This document shows, piece after piece, positions 1-10,870 of a stretch of DNA of 64,000 nt. Below the pieces are notes generated by a model. The model searched no databases and was not told the DNA's origin. It saw only the letters and a list, made by a program, of their open reading frames with translations. The translations under genes were made by a program, and so were the position numbers. Source of the DNA: an uncultured Gammaproteobacteria bacterium (GTDB lineage: Bacteria > Pseudomonadota > Gammaproteobacteria > JABCZS01). Positions within the stretch are counted from its first letter, which is position 1, and every line of letters begins with the position of its first letter. The stretch covers positions 1,024,001 to 1,088,000 of the forward strand of contig CAWKDC010000001.1 of assembly GCA_963848305.1 (NCBI GenBank), written 5' to 3'.

Positions 1-815
1 TTCTCATAGATACAGGTACAGACAAACACCCTTTCCCCACAGCAACTGAAGCATTAGAAACTTATCGCAAGAGCAAAAAAGATTTTGACGCCTGCAGGGT
101 CTTTATCACAGCCCTTGCGATCTGCGACAAGAAAGCCATCATAACCCCGACTTTGTTTAAAACATCAGGCACTGGCACGATGATGGACTTCAGTAAGCAG
201 CAAATGTTCAAACTGTCCGGTGCCTATGGTGATTATTTATATCTTATGCGACGATACAGTGGCTTAGACAGTGGCATTTTTGAGCAGGCTCTTGCAGCGA
301 GCTTTAGCAAAAAATTGAGTTACCGAGTCAGGTTAGATGGTGATTCATTCGACTCTTCTGTTGTCAATATAGTACCACTTCAAACCGCGCTCAATGATTT
401 TTATAAGGCATTACACACATATCGTTGCAATCCACCTCAAGGCGACCCACAAAAAGGCGATGTCCTTCAATGGATAACCGAACACGGTGTTCCAGACCCT
501 GACAAAGAGACGACTCGAAAACCATTCGAACGTAAAACAGATAACAATCTGTTCAAATTTATCCTGTTATGTGCAGCAATAGGAGCCATCTCAACAGCTC
601 TCTGGGTTCATCAAGAAGGACCGGGCGTTAAGACTGCTGGCGATACAGAAGAGATGACTGTCATGTGTGGTATCTTCGGTTTAATAACGGGTCTGGTCAT
701 TGGCATGATTGCGGGATCTTATGTCCGGAGTAAATGCCTTGCACAGTATGACCAAAAGTTTGATGAAGATCGTGGCCCGACTGCTGGTGCAGCGACAGAA
801 CCTTTGCTCTGCTAG
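1..815 (+). CDS. Hypothetical protein, 5'-partial, with two C-terminal TM helices (effector-like)
   Basis: The frame of ORF 153..815 is open back to the window start; hydrophobic segments LFKFILLCAAIGAISTALW and MCGIFGLITGLVIGMIAG. Confidence 0.6.
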   Translation, partial: LIDTGTDKHPFPTATEALETYRKSKKDFDACRVFITALAICDKKAIITPTLFKTSGTGTMMDFSKQQMFKLSGAYGDYLYLMRRYSGLDSGIFEQALAASFSKKLSYRVRLDGDSFDSSVVNIVPLQTALNDFYKALHTYRCNPPQGDPQKGDVLQWITEHGVPDPDKETTRKPFERKTDNNLFKFILLCAAIGAISTALWVHQEGPGVKTAGDTEEMTVMCGIFGLITGLVIGMIAGSYVRSKCLAQYDQKFDEDRGPTAGAATEPLLC

Positions 816-824
816 TTAATGAGC

Positions 825-862
825 GCGCAGCAGCATTGCTGGAAACAACAACGCTGCTGCGC
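825..862. terminator. Hairpin between convergent genes (probable terminator or REP-like element)
   Basis: GCGCAGCAGC (825-834) pairs with GCTGCTGCGC (853-862), just past the groEL stop. Confidence 0.5.
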
Positions 863-870
863 AGGCCTCC

Positions 871-2515
871 CTACATCATGCCGCCCATTCCTCCCATGCC
901 GCCCATGCCACCTTCGCCGCCAGCATTGCTGCTCTCCGGCTTAGGCAGATCGGCAATCATGGCTTCCGTGGTGATCATCAAACCGGCAATCGATGCGGCA
1001 TTTTGTAATGCACTGCGCACGACTTTGGTCGGATCCAGAATACCCATTTCTAACATGTCGCCATATTCGCTGGTTGCTGCATTGTATCCAAAGTTGCCCT
1101 TTTCACTGGAGACTTTGTTCAATACAACAGAAGGTTCATCCCCTGCATTCAGCACAATGCGACGCAAAGGCGCTTCCATGGCGCGACGCACAATTTTAAT
1201 ACCCACATCTTGATCGTCGTTATGCCCTTTGAGGGTTTTCAACGCGCTCAATGCACGCACCAATGCCACGCCGCCGCCAGGCACAATGCCTTCTTCAACA
1301 GCCGCACGTGTTGCAGCCAAGGCATCGTCAACGCGCGCACGTTTTTCTTTCATTTCGATTTCAGTGGCCGCACCAATCTTGATCACTGCAACACCGCCAG
1401 CCAATTTGGCCACACGTTCTTGCAATTTTTCACGATCGTAATCGGAGGTTGCTGCTTCCATTTGTTGACGGATTTGCGCGACGCGATCTTGGATCGCTTT
1501 TTTATCGCCTGAACCATCAACAATCGTTGTGTTTTCTTTCGTGACAACAACGCGTTTCGCGGTTCCCAAATGCTGCATGGTGGCCGCATCGAGTGTCAAG
1601 CCGACTTCTTCAGCAATCACTTCTGCACCAGTCAAAATACCAATGTCACGCAACATCTCTTTGCGACGATCACCAAAGCCAGGCGCTTTCACCGCACAAA
1701 TACGTACAGCACCACGGATCGCATTCACCACCAACGTCGTGAGCGCTTCGCCCTCAAGGTCTTCTGCGATGAGCAGTAAAGGTTTGCCAGATTTGGCAAC
1801 CGCTTCCAGCACAGGCAACATGTCGCGAATATTCGAGACTTTTTTATCAACAATTAAAATGTAAGGCGATTCTAATTCGGCCGTCATTGTTTGTTGATTC
1901 GTCACGAAATAAGGTGACACATAACCGCGATCAAATTGCATTCCTTCTACCGTGGTCAACTCATTGTCGAAGCTAGTACCATCTTCAACAGTGATCACGC
2001 CTTCATTGCCCACTTTCGCCATGGCATCTGCAATGATTTTGCCGATATCGCTGTCGGAGTTTGCCGAAATGGTACCCACTTGTTGAATGGATTTATTGTC
2101 AGTGCAAGGACGTGACATGCTTTTCAATTCATCCACAGCGACTTTAACCGCTTTGTCAATACCGCGTTTCACATCCATGGGATTGAAACCTGCAGCAACT
2201 GCTTTTTGCCCTTCAGCAAATAATTCACGCGCCAATACCGTTGCGGTTGTCGTGCCATCGCCTGCATCTTCTGCAGTTTTTGATGCGACACCTTTCACCA
2301 TGCGTGCGCCCATGCTTTCGAAGACATCAGGCAACGCGTCAAAGGCTTCTGCCACAGACACACCATCTTTGGTGATCACGGGTGAACCAAATGATTTATC
2401 AATTACCACGTTACGGCCTTTGGCGCAACGTTGCAGCGACTGCATCAGCCAAGAGATCGACACCTTTCAATAAACGAAGGCGCGCGTCTGGCCCAAAAGC
2501 AACTTGTTTTGCCAT
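871..2515 (-). CDS. groEL: Chaperonin GroEL (frameshift near 2422-2425, probably an assembly error)
   Basis: True start [12 protein letters not shown] at 2515; motifs [22 protein letters not shown] and GGM tail; the TLGPKG motif is garbled at Gly-Pro. Confidence 0.97.
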
Positions 2516-2530
2516 GTTATACTCTCCTCT

Positions 2531-2824
2531 TTATTCAACAACACACATGATTTCATCTTCGCGGATCACGACGTACTCTTTGTCATCATATTTGACTTCA
2601 GTACCCGCATATTTCGCGAAAAATACTTCTTGACCGACCTTAACCACCAAGGGGCGAATTTGACCAGACTCTAACGATTTGCCTGGTCCCACTGCGACGA
2701 CCTTGCCACGGGCAGGTTTTTCTTTGTCCGCATTGGGCAAATAAATGCCACCGGCAGTTTTGGTTTCTTCTTCATGACGAACCACGATAACGCGGTCGTG
2801 TAAAGGATGGATTTTCAATGACAT
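2531..2824 (-). CDS. groES: Co-chaperonin GroES
   Basis: [31 protein letters not shown]; directly upstream of groEL. Confidence 0.97.
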   Translation of the reverse strand: MSLKIHPLHDRVIVVRHEEETKTAGGIYLPNADKEKPARGKVVAVGPGKSLESGQIRPLVVKVGQEVFFAKYAGTEVKYDDKEYVVIREDEIMCVVE

Positions 2825-2875
2825 TGTGACTTCTCCCATTTGACTAAATAAAGGGGTATCGTTACCCTGCCTTCC

Positions 2876-2904
2876 ACATGGGGGTATGATTTGAAAATTC
2901 AAGG
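2876..2904 (-). promoter_or_regulatory. Sigma32 (RpoH) heat-shock promoter of groESL
   Basis: Minus strand reads CTTGAA-ttttcaaatcatac-CCCCATGT, matching the CTTGAA...CCCCATNT consensus. Confidence 0.85.
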
Positions 2905-2946
2905 CCTATAGCGTATGATAGCCAGGCTGTATGAGTGGAGAAAATC

Positions 2947-4101
2947 ATGAGTCGTTCCTACCTGTTTACATCTGAATCCGTGTCTGAAGGGCACCCTGAC
3001 AAGATTGCTGACCAAATTTCTGATGCCGTCTTAGACGCCATCATTGCCCAAGACCCCAAAGCCCGGGTCGCCTGTGAAGTCATGGTTAAAACGGGAATGG
3101 TGCTGATTGGCGGAGAAATCACCACAGAAGCCTGGGTAGACATGGACGCGCTGGCGCGCGAGGTCGTGAATGGCGTGGGCTACACGGATCCCACCTATGG
3201 CTTTGATGGCGCCGCTTGCGCCGTTTTGACGGCCATTGGCCGCCAATCCCCCGATATCGCCCAAGGCGTGAATGAAACGCCTACCCACGCCATGGGTGCC
3301 GGCGATCAAGGCATGATGTTCGGCTATGCCTGTGACGAAACTGACGTCCTCATGCCCGCCCCCATCACTTACGCCCACCGCCTCATGCGTCGTCAGGCCC
3401 ATTTGCGCCACAGCGGCATCTTGCCCTGGTTGCGCCCCGATGCCAAATCCCAAGTCACTTTCATGTATGAAGGGCATAAACCCGTCGGCATTCATACCGT
3501 GGTATTGTCCACGCAGCATGATCCAGGCATTGAATACGCTGATCTCGTCGAGGCCGTCCGTGAAGAAATCATCAAACCCGTTTTGCCTGCTGAATGGCTG
3601 ACGAAAGACACCCGCTATTTTATCAACCCTACCGGTCGCTTTGTGATTGGCGGACCCATGGGCGATTGCGGCTTGACGGGTCGAAAGATCATTGTCGATA
3701 CCTACGGCGGCATGGCCCGTCACGGCGGCGGTTGTTTTTCGGGGAAAGATCCCACAAAAGTCGATCGTTCCGCAGCGTATGCGGCGCGTTATGTGGCGAA
3801 AAATATTGTGGCCGCAGGATTGGCGAAACGGTGTGAAGTACAATTATCCTATGCAATTGGTGTCGCAAAACCAATTTCGATTTATGTGGAAACATTCGGC
3901 ACGGGAAAACTGCCTGATGATGCATGGCTCCCCTTGATTGAAGCCCATTTCGATTTAAGTCCTCATGGCATCATCGATATGCTTGATTTGTGGCGTCCGA
4001 TTTATCGCCCCATTGCCGCTTATGGGCATTTTGGGCGCGAGGATTTGGATCTCACATGGGAGCGGGTGGATAAGGCGGAAGCTCTGGGCAAGTCTGATTA
4101 G
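2947..4101 (+). CDS. metK: S-adenosylmethionine synthetase
   Basis: [35 protein letters not shown]. Confidence 0.98.
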   Translation: MSRSYLFTSESVSEGHPDKIADQISDAVLDAIIAQDPKARVACEVMVKTGMVLIGGEITTEAWVDMDALAREVVNGVGYTDPTYGFDGAACAVLTAIGRQSPDIAQGVNETPTHAMGAGDQGMMFGYACDETDVLMPAPITYAHRLMRRQAHLRHSGILPWLRPDAKSQVTFMYEGHKPVGIHTVVLSTQHDPGIEYADLVEAVREEIIKPVLPAEWLTKDTRYFINPTGRFVIGGPMGDCGLTGRKIIVDTYGGMARHGGGCFSGKDPTKVDRSAAYAARYVAKNIVAAGLAKRCEVQLSYAIGVAKPISIYVETFGTGKLPDDAWLPLIEAHFDLSPHGIIDMLDLWRPIYRPIAAYGHFGREDLDLTWERVDKAEALGKSD

Positions 4102-4173
4102 GGGATTGGCACCATACACGATATCCGCCGCTCACAGGCGCGAGGATTTGGATCTCACTTGGGAGCGCGTGGA
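4034..4173 (+). repeat. 37-bp direct repeat of the metK 3' end (4034-4070 and 4137-4173)
   Basis: GGCGCGAGGATTTGGATCTCAC[A/T]TGGGAGCG[G/C]GTGGA, 2 mismatches. Confidence 0.9.
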
Positions 4174-4182
4174 ATTGAAATT

Positions 4183-4577
4183 TTATTCAGCTAAAGCCAC
4201 TGTATTGATCCCGAGCGCAACCGCCTTCTTAATCATTTTTTTGTCAAAACTCACATATTTTTTGGCTGATTTTCCAGCAAGAAGATGCATTGCATCACCA
4301 AAATCCATACCCAATTTATACAGCATGATTGCTTTGGTCATATCATTCAATTCGTCCATCGTAATATGTGGCACACCTAATAGCCCCTCAAAAGCAAGTG
4401 CAATCTGCCCAACAGGAATATCATAACAGGCACGTAACACCCATTCTGCCTCTAGCATCACTGTTTTCGAAATAAATACCTGATTTCTGTCTATCAAGGA
4501 AGCGGCAATAGCCCCTTTTTTTTATCATCATTAACCAAAAAACGAACCAAAACATTGGTATCAATGGCAACCATCAT
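4183..4577 (-). CDS. vapC: VapC-like PIN-domain toxin (frameshift in the homopolymer near 4512-4523)
   Basis: N-terminus MVAIDTNVLVRFL in an adjacent frame; VMLEAEWVL, MDFGDAMH, SFDKKM; ATGA overlap with the antitoxin. Confidence 0.85.
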
Positions 4578-4825
4578 TTTTTACCGGCCTCTTTCAAAAT
4601 AGCAGCTTCCATGTCTTTTAAAGATTTTTTGGGGCCATGATAATCAAGACAACCCAACAAATCACGAACAGATGTTTTAGCACATGAACGAATTGGGGTT
4701 AATAGGATACCATTTTCCACCTCGCGAACCTCGAACCGTTCGCCCGCTTCCCAATGGTGAGCATCCCGAATAGGTTGCGGGATAACGATTTGTCCTTTGC
4801 TTGATAACCGCGTTGTTTCCATCAT
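4574..4825 (-). CDS. AbrB/MazE-family antitoxin
   Basis: METTRLSSKGQIVIPQPIR AbrB signature; coupled to the PIN gene. Confidence 0.88.
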   Translation of the reverse strand: MMETTRLSSKGQIVIPQPIRDAHHWEAGERFEVREVENGILLTPIRSCAKTSVRDLLGCLDYHGPKKSLKDMEAAILKEAGKK

Positions 4826-4886
4826 AACCCCTAAATAAGACGATGGTAAGATTATAGCGGAAAAATCCTGAACCCCCCCCCTCCCC

Positions 4887-5348
4887 CTAGAATACAATAT
4901 CCGCATCCACAATCCCGGCACTTTTCTTGGTTGCAGACAAGGATAGCGGTTCAATACCGTTTTTCGTGTCCAAATCTTCCAAACATTGCGCAAACGAGGC
5001 AAAAGGCACATCTTGCATGTGTACGACAATTTCCTTATTTTCATTTTGGGATAAGTGCTTCACAAAAGGGCTTAACCCTGCATTCGAAAATGCTTTTTCA
5101 ATGGTACTCAGTCTTGGGGTTTTTTTCGTTGATTTGGTTTGACCCGCGCTCTTTTTTAACATCGCGACGGTGGGATGCATCCACTCAACCAATGCGCGCT
5201 CGTTTTCAATATCAGCCTTCAAGATATCGATGCGAGAATATAATGGCCACCAGATAAATCGAACAACGATCAACAACCCCAATGCAATGGCGCCCCACTT
5301 TACTGTGCGTTGTTCTTGTGAGGATAGATTGTCCCAATGCTGCCTCAT
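4887..5348 (-). CDS. gspM: T2SS protein GspM
   Basis: WDNLSSQEQR followed by a TM helix; last gene of the gsp operon. Confidence 0.8.
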   Translation of the reverse strand: MRQHWDNLSSQEQRTVKWGAIALGLLIVVRFIWWPLYSRIDILKADIENERALVEWMHPTVAMLKKSAGQTKSTKKTPRLSTIEKAFSNAGLSPFVKHLSQNENKEIVVHMQDVPFASFAQCLEDLDTKNGIEPLSLSATKKSAGIVDADIVF

Positions 5349-6457
5349 GATTTCACCTCCAACTGAATACGTGCGACAACATGATCATCTTCCCGCTCTG
5401 CACTTTCTTGCTTGAACGAAACATTACTTTGCGAAAATAGTGACGACAACGCTTCCAGCGAGGCAAAATCCTTGGCAGTGATGGATGCCGTGAGGCGATC
5501 ACCCGTGAATTGCAAATGGGTTAATTGAACATCCTTCGCTGATGATAACCCTTGATTCAATGTGGATAAAAGCAAGAAAAAGCGCTGTTGACTTTTTCCA
5601 TTTTTTTGCAGTTCTCTGCTTAATACGACGCGAGGACTTGTCGCTTGCGTGGCACCAGGGAAAACCTGTTGATACAATGATAATGTTTCAGATTGCAAAC
5701 CTTGCAAACGATGCGACAAAATGGCGCCCGTCAGAATCAAATACATAAAATAAATAGCGAATGAAGCACCCAATGCATAGATCGATTTCTTGAGCAAACT
5801 GCTATTTGTTTTAGGTGCAGCTGGTGAAAAATCCCCTTGTAATAAATTGATCGGGGGAGGCGTATCGAATAATGCTTCCACCCAACCATCAATAGCATCC
5901 GTATGTTGATACACCATATGCTCTGGCTGATGCATTTCACGCAACCACGATTCACTTTCAGATTCACGCAATGCAAAGCCGCGGTATTTATCTTGTCTTA
6001 CACACAATCGATCGTCATTTTTCCAGCAAGACCAGCCATCTTCAACAATTGGGAGCAAATAAATATCAGGATAAATGGCTTCCAAGTAAATACCCGCCGC
6101 GCGATACGTATTAATCATGTTTTCCATGTGTGAACGTTGTACCACAGCAACGACTATCTGCGCAGACTCGCGTACAAGCGGCATCGCACAATGCACTTGC
6201 TCAATCGGCTCGGCTAACTGTTCTTCAACCAAATTCGGCACAACCACGCGCAACAAGGCAGGCTTGACCACAGGAAGTTCCACCTCAATAAAAGAAACCC
6301 ATTCGGTTTGACATAATAATATTGCGGCACCATCGCCCAACAATGTTTTGAGTGCTTCCAGTGAAACATTCGCGTGAAATTCAATCCCTTCCTGGGATTG
6401 AAGATAGGCATCGACATGTGTCGCATCTTGCTTGGATATCAACAATGCCCGATTCAT
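5345..6457 (-). CDS. gspL: T2SS protein GspL
   Basis: VPNLVEEQLAEPIEQVH, INLLQGDF, single TM helix; operon position. Confidence 0.85.
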   Translation of the reverse strand: MNRALLISKQDATHVDAYLQSQEGIEFHANVSLEALKTLLGDGAAILLCQTEWVSFIEVELPVVKPALLRVVVPNLVEEQLAEPIEQVHCAMPLVRESAQIVVAVVQRSHMENMINTYRAAGIYLEAIYPDIYLLPIVEDGWSCWKNDDRLCVRQDKYRGFALRESESESWLREMHQPEHMVYQHTDAIDGWVEALFDTPPPINLLQGDFSPAAPKTNSSLLKKSIYALGASFAIYFMYLILTGAILSHRLQGLQSETLSLYQQVFPGATQATSPRVVLSRELQKNGKSQQRFFLLLSTLNQGLSSAKDVQLTHLQFTGDRLTASITAKDFASLEALSSLFSQSNVSFKQESAEREDDHVVARIQLEVKS

Positions 6458-6903
6458 AGCTTCTCCTCCACCATTCCCTGATCCACCACCTGCCAACCTT
6501 GATCAGGAGAATGGTTCAATAAAGTATATATCCGTAATGTTCGCTTTGCCTCTATTTCTGCCTTCACGCGATATGTTTGTTTTTCCTCCTCTTCGGCCGC
6601 CTCCTCAGCTTCGCTAGGCTGTTCAAGCGTGACTTGGAGCTTCGCCCCATTTAGCAAGACCGAAAAGGTTTGTTCAGTTTTATTCTCAATCTGATCATCT
6701 GTTAAAATAGACAGTGCCCATGCCGTCGCACTGCGGATCGCTAATTGTTCAATCACGATTTCATGCATTTTGTTGTAACGGCGCATATCGAGGTGCAATG
6801 ATAATATCATGCTCGTGGCCAATATCACGACGAGTGTACATAACCCCATCGCAAACACGAGCGCGCTCCCTTTCTGTTTATTTATGGGGCGATGAAAATC
6901 CAT
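6454..6903 (-). CDS. gspK: Short GspK-like minor pseudopilin (149 aa)
   Basis: KQKG/SALVFAM prepilin leader lacking E5, as in GspK; lies between gspJ and gspL. Confidence 0.65.
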   Translation of the reverse strand: MDFHRPINKQKGSALVFAMGLCTLVVILATSMILSLHLDMRRYNKMHEIVIEQLAIRSATAWALSILTDDQIENKTEQTFSVLLNGAKLQVTLEQPSEAEEAAEEEEKQTYRVKAEIEAKRTLRIYTLLNHSPDQGWQVVDQGMVEEKL

Positions 6904-7376
6904 GAAACCTCCCCGAATGTGGAATCTGTGAAAGACAATTGAAACGCACGGGGCCTCGTGTGATTAATATTGGGCACAGATACATCTTGCCATGTCTCTT
7001 CTGATAGCCATTCCCATTTCACTGATTGAGCCGCTTTAATCAATGTTTGTTCAGGTGACGCATCGTCATTTTTCAGTGTGCGCACCAACGTACCTTTATC
7101 CCACGTGTATAGCACTTCTCCAGCAGCACCCGCTAGCGTTAATTCATATGCTTGAAATGACAGTTCAGAACCCTGCTTCATCTGTTTTGCAAAATCATTG
7201 AGCAAGGTGGTGTATGCAAAAGATAAACTATTTAAGATGGATTCATGTGATTTCTGCACTTCCCTTGCATGGATCATTTGTTGAAAACTCGAAAGCGCCG
7301 CAACCGACATGATGCTCAGAATAAACATGGATACGATCAGTTCAATCAGTGTAAAAGCCCTATTTTTTTCGATCAT
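6882..7376 (-). CDS. gspJ: Minor pseudopilin GspJ
   Basis: RA/FTLIELIVSMFILS type IV pilin leader; operon position. Confidence 0.75.
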   Translation of the reverse strand: MIEKNRAFTLIELIVSMFILSIMSVAALSSFQQMIHAREVQKSHESILNSLSFAYTTLLNDFAKQMKQGSELSFQAYELTLAGAAGEVLYTWDKGTLVRTLKNDDASPEQTLIKAAQSVKWEWLSEETWQDVSVPNINHTRPRAFQLSFTDSTFGEVSWIFIAP

Positions 7377-7761
7377 TGTTATCCTCCAAAACAGGAGGGA
7401 GATTAAAGTACAAAAAATCGAAGGTTGCCAACGCTTTTCCACCACGATGATCTGAAACAGTGACAGTGACGCGCTCTGTCTTCTCTTCAGACACTGATGT
7501 GGCGGTCCAAAACCATGTTTTACCAAGCATGCGCATATCTCCATGCTTGTTCACATCTTGCGTCATACCACCCGACAAATCTAATATGATCTCAGCCACC
7601 GCATTTTGCGCAACCCACAACCCAACCGTTTTTTCTTCTAGCAGTGTCACCGTACGTGACACATGACTCGACGTGCCCATGACACCGATAAACGCGAGGG
7701 CCAACACGAAGAGTGCAATCATGACTTCAATGAGTGTGAACGCGCGCGATCGTGCTGTCAT
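7360..7761 (-). CDS. gspI: Minor pseudopilin GspI
   Basis: RA/FTLIEVMIAL, LEEKTVGLWVAQN. Confidence 0.85.
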   Translation of the reverse strand: MTARSRAFTLIEVMIALFVLALAFIGVMGTSSHVSRTVTLLEEKTVGLWVAQNAVAEIILDLSGGMTQDVNKHGDMRMLGKTWFWTATSVSEEKTERVTVTVSDHRGGKALATFDFLYFNLPPVLEDNNDRKK

Positions 7762-7766
7762 GGTGA

Positions 7767-8192
7767 CTAACTCGATTGCCAGTTGCCAATGTCGGAGTCA
7801 ACGCCCTCGCCACCTTCACGGCCATCTGCACCCAATGAAAAAACATCGACATCGCTGTAAATCCCAGGATTACGATATTGGTATTCGTGACCCCAAGGAT
7901 CTTTCGGCAAACGTTTCAAATATGCACTCGCATTATAATGGGATGGGATAGGTGATACAGTGGGTTTTTGCACCAGCGCAGCAAGACCCTGTGCTTGCGT
8001 GGGATAGTCTCCATTATCGAGCCTATATAAATCGAGCGCGCTTTCAATGCGAATCACATCTTGTTGTGCTTTCACCATTTTCGCTTCATCAGGGCGAGAC
8101 ATGATTTGCGGCACGACAAATGCAGCCAAAATACTTAAAATGACCACGACTACCATCACTTCGATCAACGTAAAACCGCGTGTCTTTTTCAT
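7767..8192 (-). CDS. gspG: Major pseudopilin GspG
   Basis: RG/FTLIEVMVV, LDLYRLDNGDYP, LPKDPWG, SLGADG. Confidence 0.95.
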   Translation of the reverse strand: MKKTRGFTLIEVMVVVVILSILAAFVVPQIMSRPDEAKMVKAQQDVIRIESALDLYRLDNGDYPTQAQGLAALVQKPTVSPIPSHYNASAYLKRLPKDPWGHEYQYRNPGIYSDVDVFSLGADGREGGEGVDSDIGNWQSS

Positions 8193-8213
8193 GATAACTC
8201 CTATGCTAACATT

Positions 8214-9410
8214 TTAAAATTGTGTTGCCGAAAAAATCGGTAACAATACCGCCAGAACGATGAATAATACCACACCGCCCATCACCAAAATCATCACGGG
8301 TTCGAATAATGCAAGTCCTTTTTGAAGTAAACTTTCCAATTCATTTTCTTGTTGCTTTGCAGCCCGTTCAATCATTTGCTCCAATTTTCCTGCGCGCTCG
8401 CCAGAAGCAATCATGTGCAAGCTCATCGGGCTAAAATAGTGTGAGTGCGTCAATGCTTGATGTAAACTGGTGCCTTCTTGCACTTGCTTCATGACTTCAG
8501 TCATAGAAGATGCGATTGGCCGTGAAGTGACCACCTGTTGTGCAGCGCGCAATGCATCTAATAACGGGACTCCCGCGGATAACAATAATGATAACGTTCT
8601 CATGAGTCGCGCTGTTTCTGATTGTTGAATAATCCTGCCCAATAATGGCAAACGTAACACCCATGCATCAAATCGATAGGCAAAAGATGCCTTCTTCAAT
8701 GCAAATTTTAAACCAATGAATCCACCCATGATCAACAACAATATCGGAAGCCCTAATATTTTAACAGTGGAACTGATCACCAAGAGAATACGTGTTGGCA
8801 ATGGCAATACTTGGCCGTTACCCGTAAAGACATCGAGCAATTGCGGCACGACACTCACCATCAAAAACGCAGTGAATGCGAATGAAATGATCATGACAAA
8901 ACTGGGATAAATCAATGCTTGTGTGACTTTCGCACGTAAACGTTCTGTTTCTTCCATATGATCAGCGAGACTAACCAATACTTTCGATAAATCACCAGAC
9001 GCTTCAGCTGCCGCAATACTCGCACAATATAAATTTGAAAAAACGCGAGGATGCTCTTGCATCGCTTGACTTAACGCATATCCTTCAGCCACCTTGTTTT
9101 TGACAGCCATTAAAATATGTTTTGCAGACTTGGATTCTGTTTGTGCAATGACGCCTTCTAATGATTGAGTCAAGGGTAATTCTGCTTCAAGCAAAGTAGC
9201 GAGTTGGCGTGTGAACAACGTTACTTCTCGAAAAGACACTCGCTTTTGTCTCTTACCCAATGTTTTTCCAGCCACCACCTCTGTCACGGTTACAGGCACT
9301 AGACCGCGCTCACGCAATGATTGACGCACCATTTTTGGACTGTCCGCATCCAGCACGCCTTTTTCTTTTTTGCCTTGCGCATTGAGCGCGGTGTATTCAT
9401 ACGTGTTCAT
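8214..9410 (-). CDS. gspF: T2SS inner-membrane platform GspF
   Basis: FTRQLATLL, ALIYPS, GERAGKLEQM, EPVMILVMG. Confidence 0.95.
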   Translation of the reverse strand: MNTYEYTALNAQGKKEKGVLDADSPKMVRQSLRERGLVPVTVTEVVAGKTLGKRQKRVSFREVTLFTRQLATLLEAELPLTQSLEGVIAQTESKSAKHILMAVKNKVAEGYALSQAMQEHPRVFSNLYCASIAAAEASGDLSKVLVSLADHMEETERLRAKVTQALIYPSFVMIISFAFTAFLMVSVVPQLLDVFTGNGQVLPLPTRILLVISSTVKILGLPILLLIMGGFIGLKFALKKASFAYRFDAWVLRLPLLGRIIQQSETARLMRTLSLLLSAGVPLLDALRAAQQVVTSRPIASSMTEVMKQVQEGTSLHQALTHSHYFSPMSLHMIASGERAGKLEQMIERAAKQQENELESLLQKGLALFEPVMILVMGGVVLFIVLAVLLPIFSATQF

Positions 9411-10867
9411 GATGATAAATCCGTGACACGGATCACTTCATCAAGGGTTGTTTCACCTTCTATCACGCGCGCAATACCTGCCTCTTTAATAGAAGGATAT
9501 ATTTTATTGGCATACGCCTTAATATGATTTTCCGTTTCATCCTCATGAATCATTTGCTTGAGCGTATCATCAATGAGCACAATTTCATAAATCGCCATGC
9601 GACCCTTATACCCCGTGTGATCACATGCATTGCATCCTTGCGCAGTGTAAACATGCAACGGTTTTGATTCAGGATAGTTTAAACATTTTTTTAATGCCGT
9701 ATCTGCTTCAATTTCTTTTTTGCAGGCTGGACATAAACGACGCACCAAACGTTGCGCAATCACTGCCTCTAATGTTGATGCGATCAAATACGATGCCACA
9801 CCCATATCGCGTAAACGCGTGATAGCACCCACTGCTGTATTGGTGTGCAACGTGGACAGCATTAAATGTCCGGTGAGTGAGGCTTGAATCGCAATATCCG
9901 CTGTTTCCAAATCACGGATTTCGCCAACCATCACGATGTCAGGATCTTGCCGCAAAATCGCTCGCAAACCGCGCGCAAATGTCATGCCAATTTTTGCATT
10001 GACTTGTGACTGGCCAACACCTTGCAATTCATATTCAACAGGATCTTCGACCGTTAAAATATTGCGTGTATGATCATTCAATTCATTCAAGAAAGCATAT
10101 AAGGTTGTTGTTTTACCGGCACCTGTCGGCCCTGTAACCAAAATAATCCCGTGCGGTTTTTGCTTTAAATGTTTCATCAAATTCAAATCATGTTCAGTCA
10201 ACCCTAAACTGCTCAATGTGAGGGCAACACTTTCTTTGTCCAATAATCGCAATACAATTCTCTCACCATGACTTGATGGCAGTGTTGAAACACGAACATC
10301 CACATGACGCCCGCCCACTTGCAGTGTAATGCGCCCATCTTGTGGCAATCTTTTCTCAGCGATATTGAGTTTTGCCATGATTTTAATGCGTGAAATCACC
10401 AGAGGTGCAAGCTTCACAGGTAATTTCATTTTCATCTTGAGCACGCCATCTAGACGCATCCTGAATACCAAATCATTTTTGTAGGTTTCAACGTGAATAT
10501 CAGAGGCTTTTTCTTTAAGGGCTTGTGCGATCAATGCATTGATCAGACGTATGATGGGCGCTTCTTGTTCGGTGTCCAATAAATCTTCAACGGTTTGTAA
10601 TTCATACGCAACAACATCGAGATCCATGGCTTGTTCAGCTTGTGCATCCAGCCCGCCTTCAGAATGTTTATGGTAAAACTGTTCTAATAACCGATCGAAT
10701 GCATTGTTTTCCATGCGATGAATCTGGCATGGGGATGATAATGTGCGGCGTACTTCCATCAAAATAGGCATGGCTGTGTCTGCACGACATGTCAAAACCA
10801 CTTCACCCGCCTCTTCTTGCAACAATACGCCAAACCGTTTTGAAAAGGCATATGGGAGCACATGCAT
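9407..10867 (-). CDS. gspE: T2SS ATPase GspE
   Basis: ASDIH, GPTGAGKTT, LRQDPD, CxxC pairs. Confidence 0.96.
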   Translation of the reverse strand: MHVLPYAFSKRFGVLLQEEAGEVVLTCRADTAMPILMEVRRTLSSPCQIHRMENNAFDRLLEQFYHKHSEGGLDAQAEQAMDLDVVAYELQTVEDLLDTEQEAPIIRLINALIAQALKEKASDIHVETYKNDLVFRMRLDGVLKMKMKLPVKLAPLVISRIKIMAKLNIAEKRLPQDGRITLQVGGRHVDVRVSTLPSSHGERIVLRLLDKESVALTLSSLGLTEHDLNLMKHLKQKPHGIILVTGPTGAGKTTTLYAFLNELNDHTRNILTVEDPVEYELQGVGQSQVNAKIGMTFARGLRAILRQDPDIVMVGEIRDLETADIAIQASLTGHLMLSTLHTNTAVGAITRLRDMGVASYLIASTLEAVIAQRLVRRLCPACKKEIEADTALKKCLNYPESKPLHVYTAQGCNACDHTGYKGRMAIYEIVLIDDTLKQMIHEDETENHIKAYANKIYPSIKEAGIARVIEGETTLDEVIRVTDLSS

Positions 10868-10870
10868 GGG

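Noticed and set aside
801-815. CaaX prenylation signal on the first ORF (PLLC)
   Set aside because: The Cys is terminal, not at position -4.
836-3843. Long antisense or alternative-frame ORFs over groEL and metK (and similar ones across the window)
   Set aside because: Shadows of codon bias in well-identified genes.
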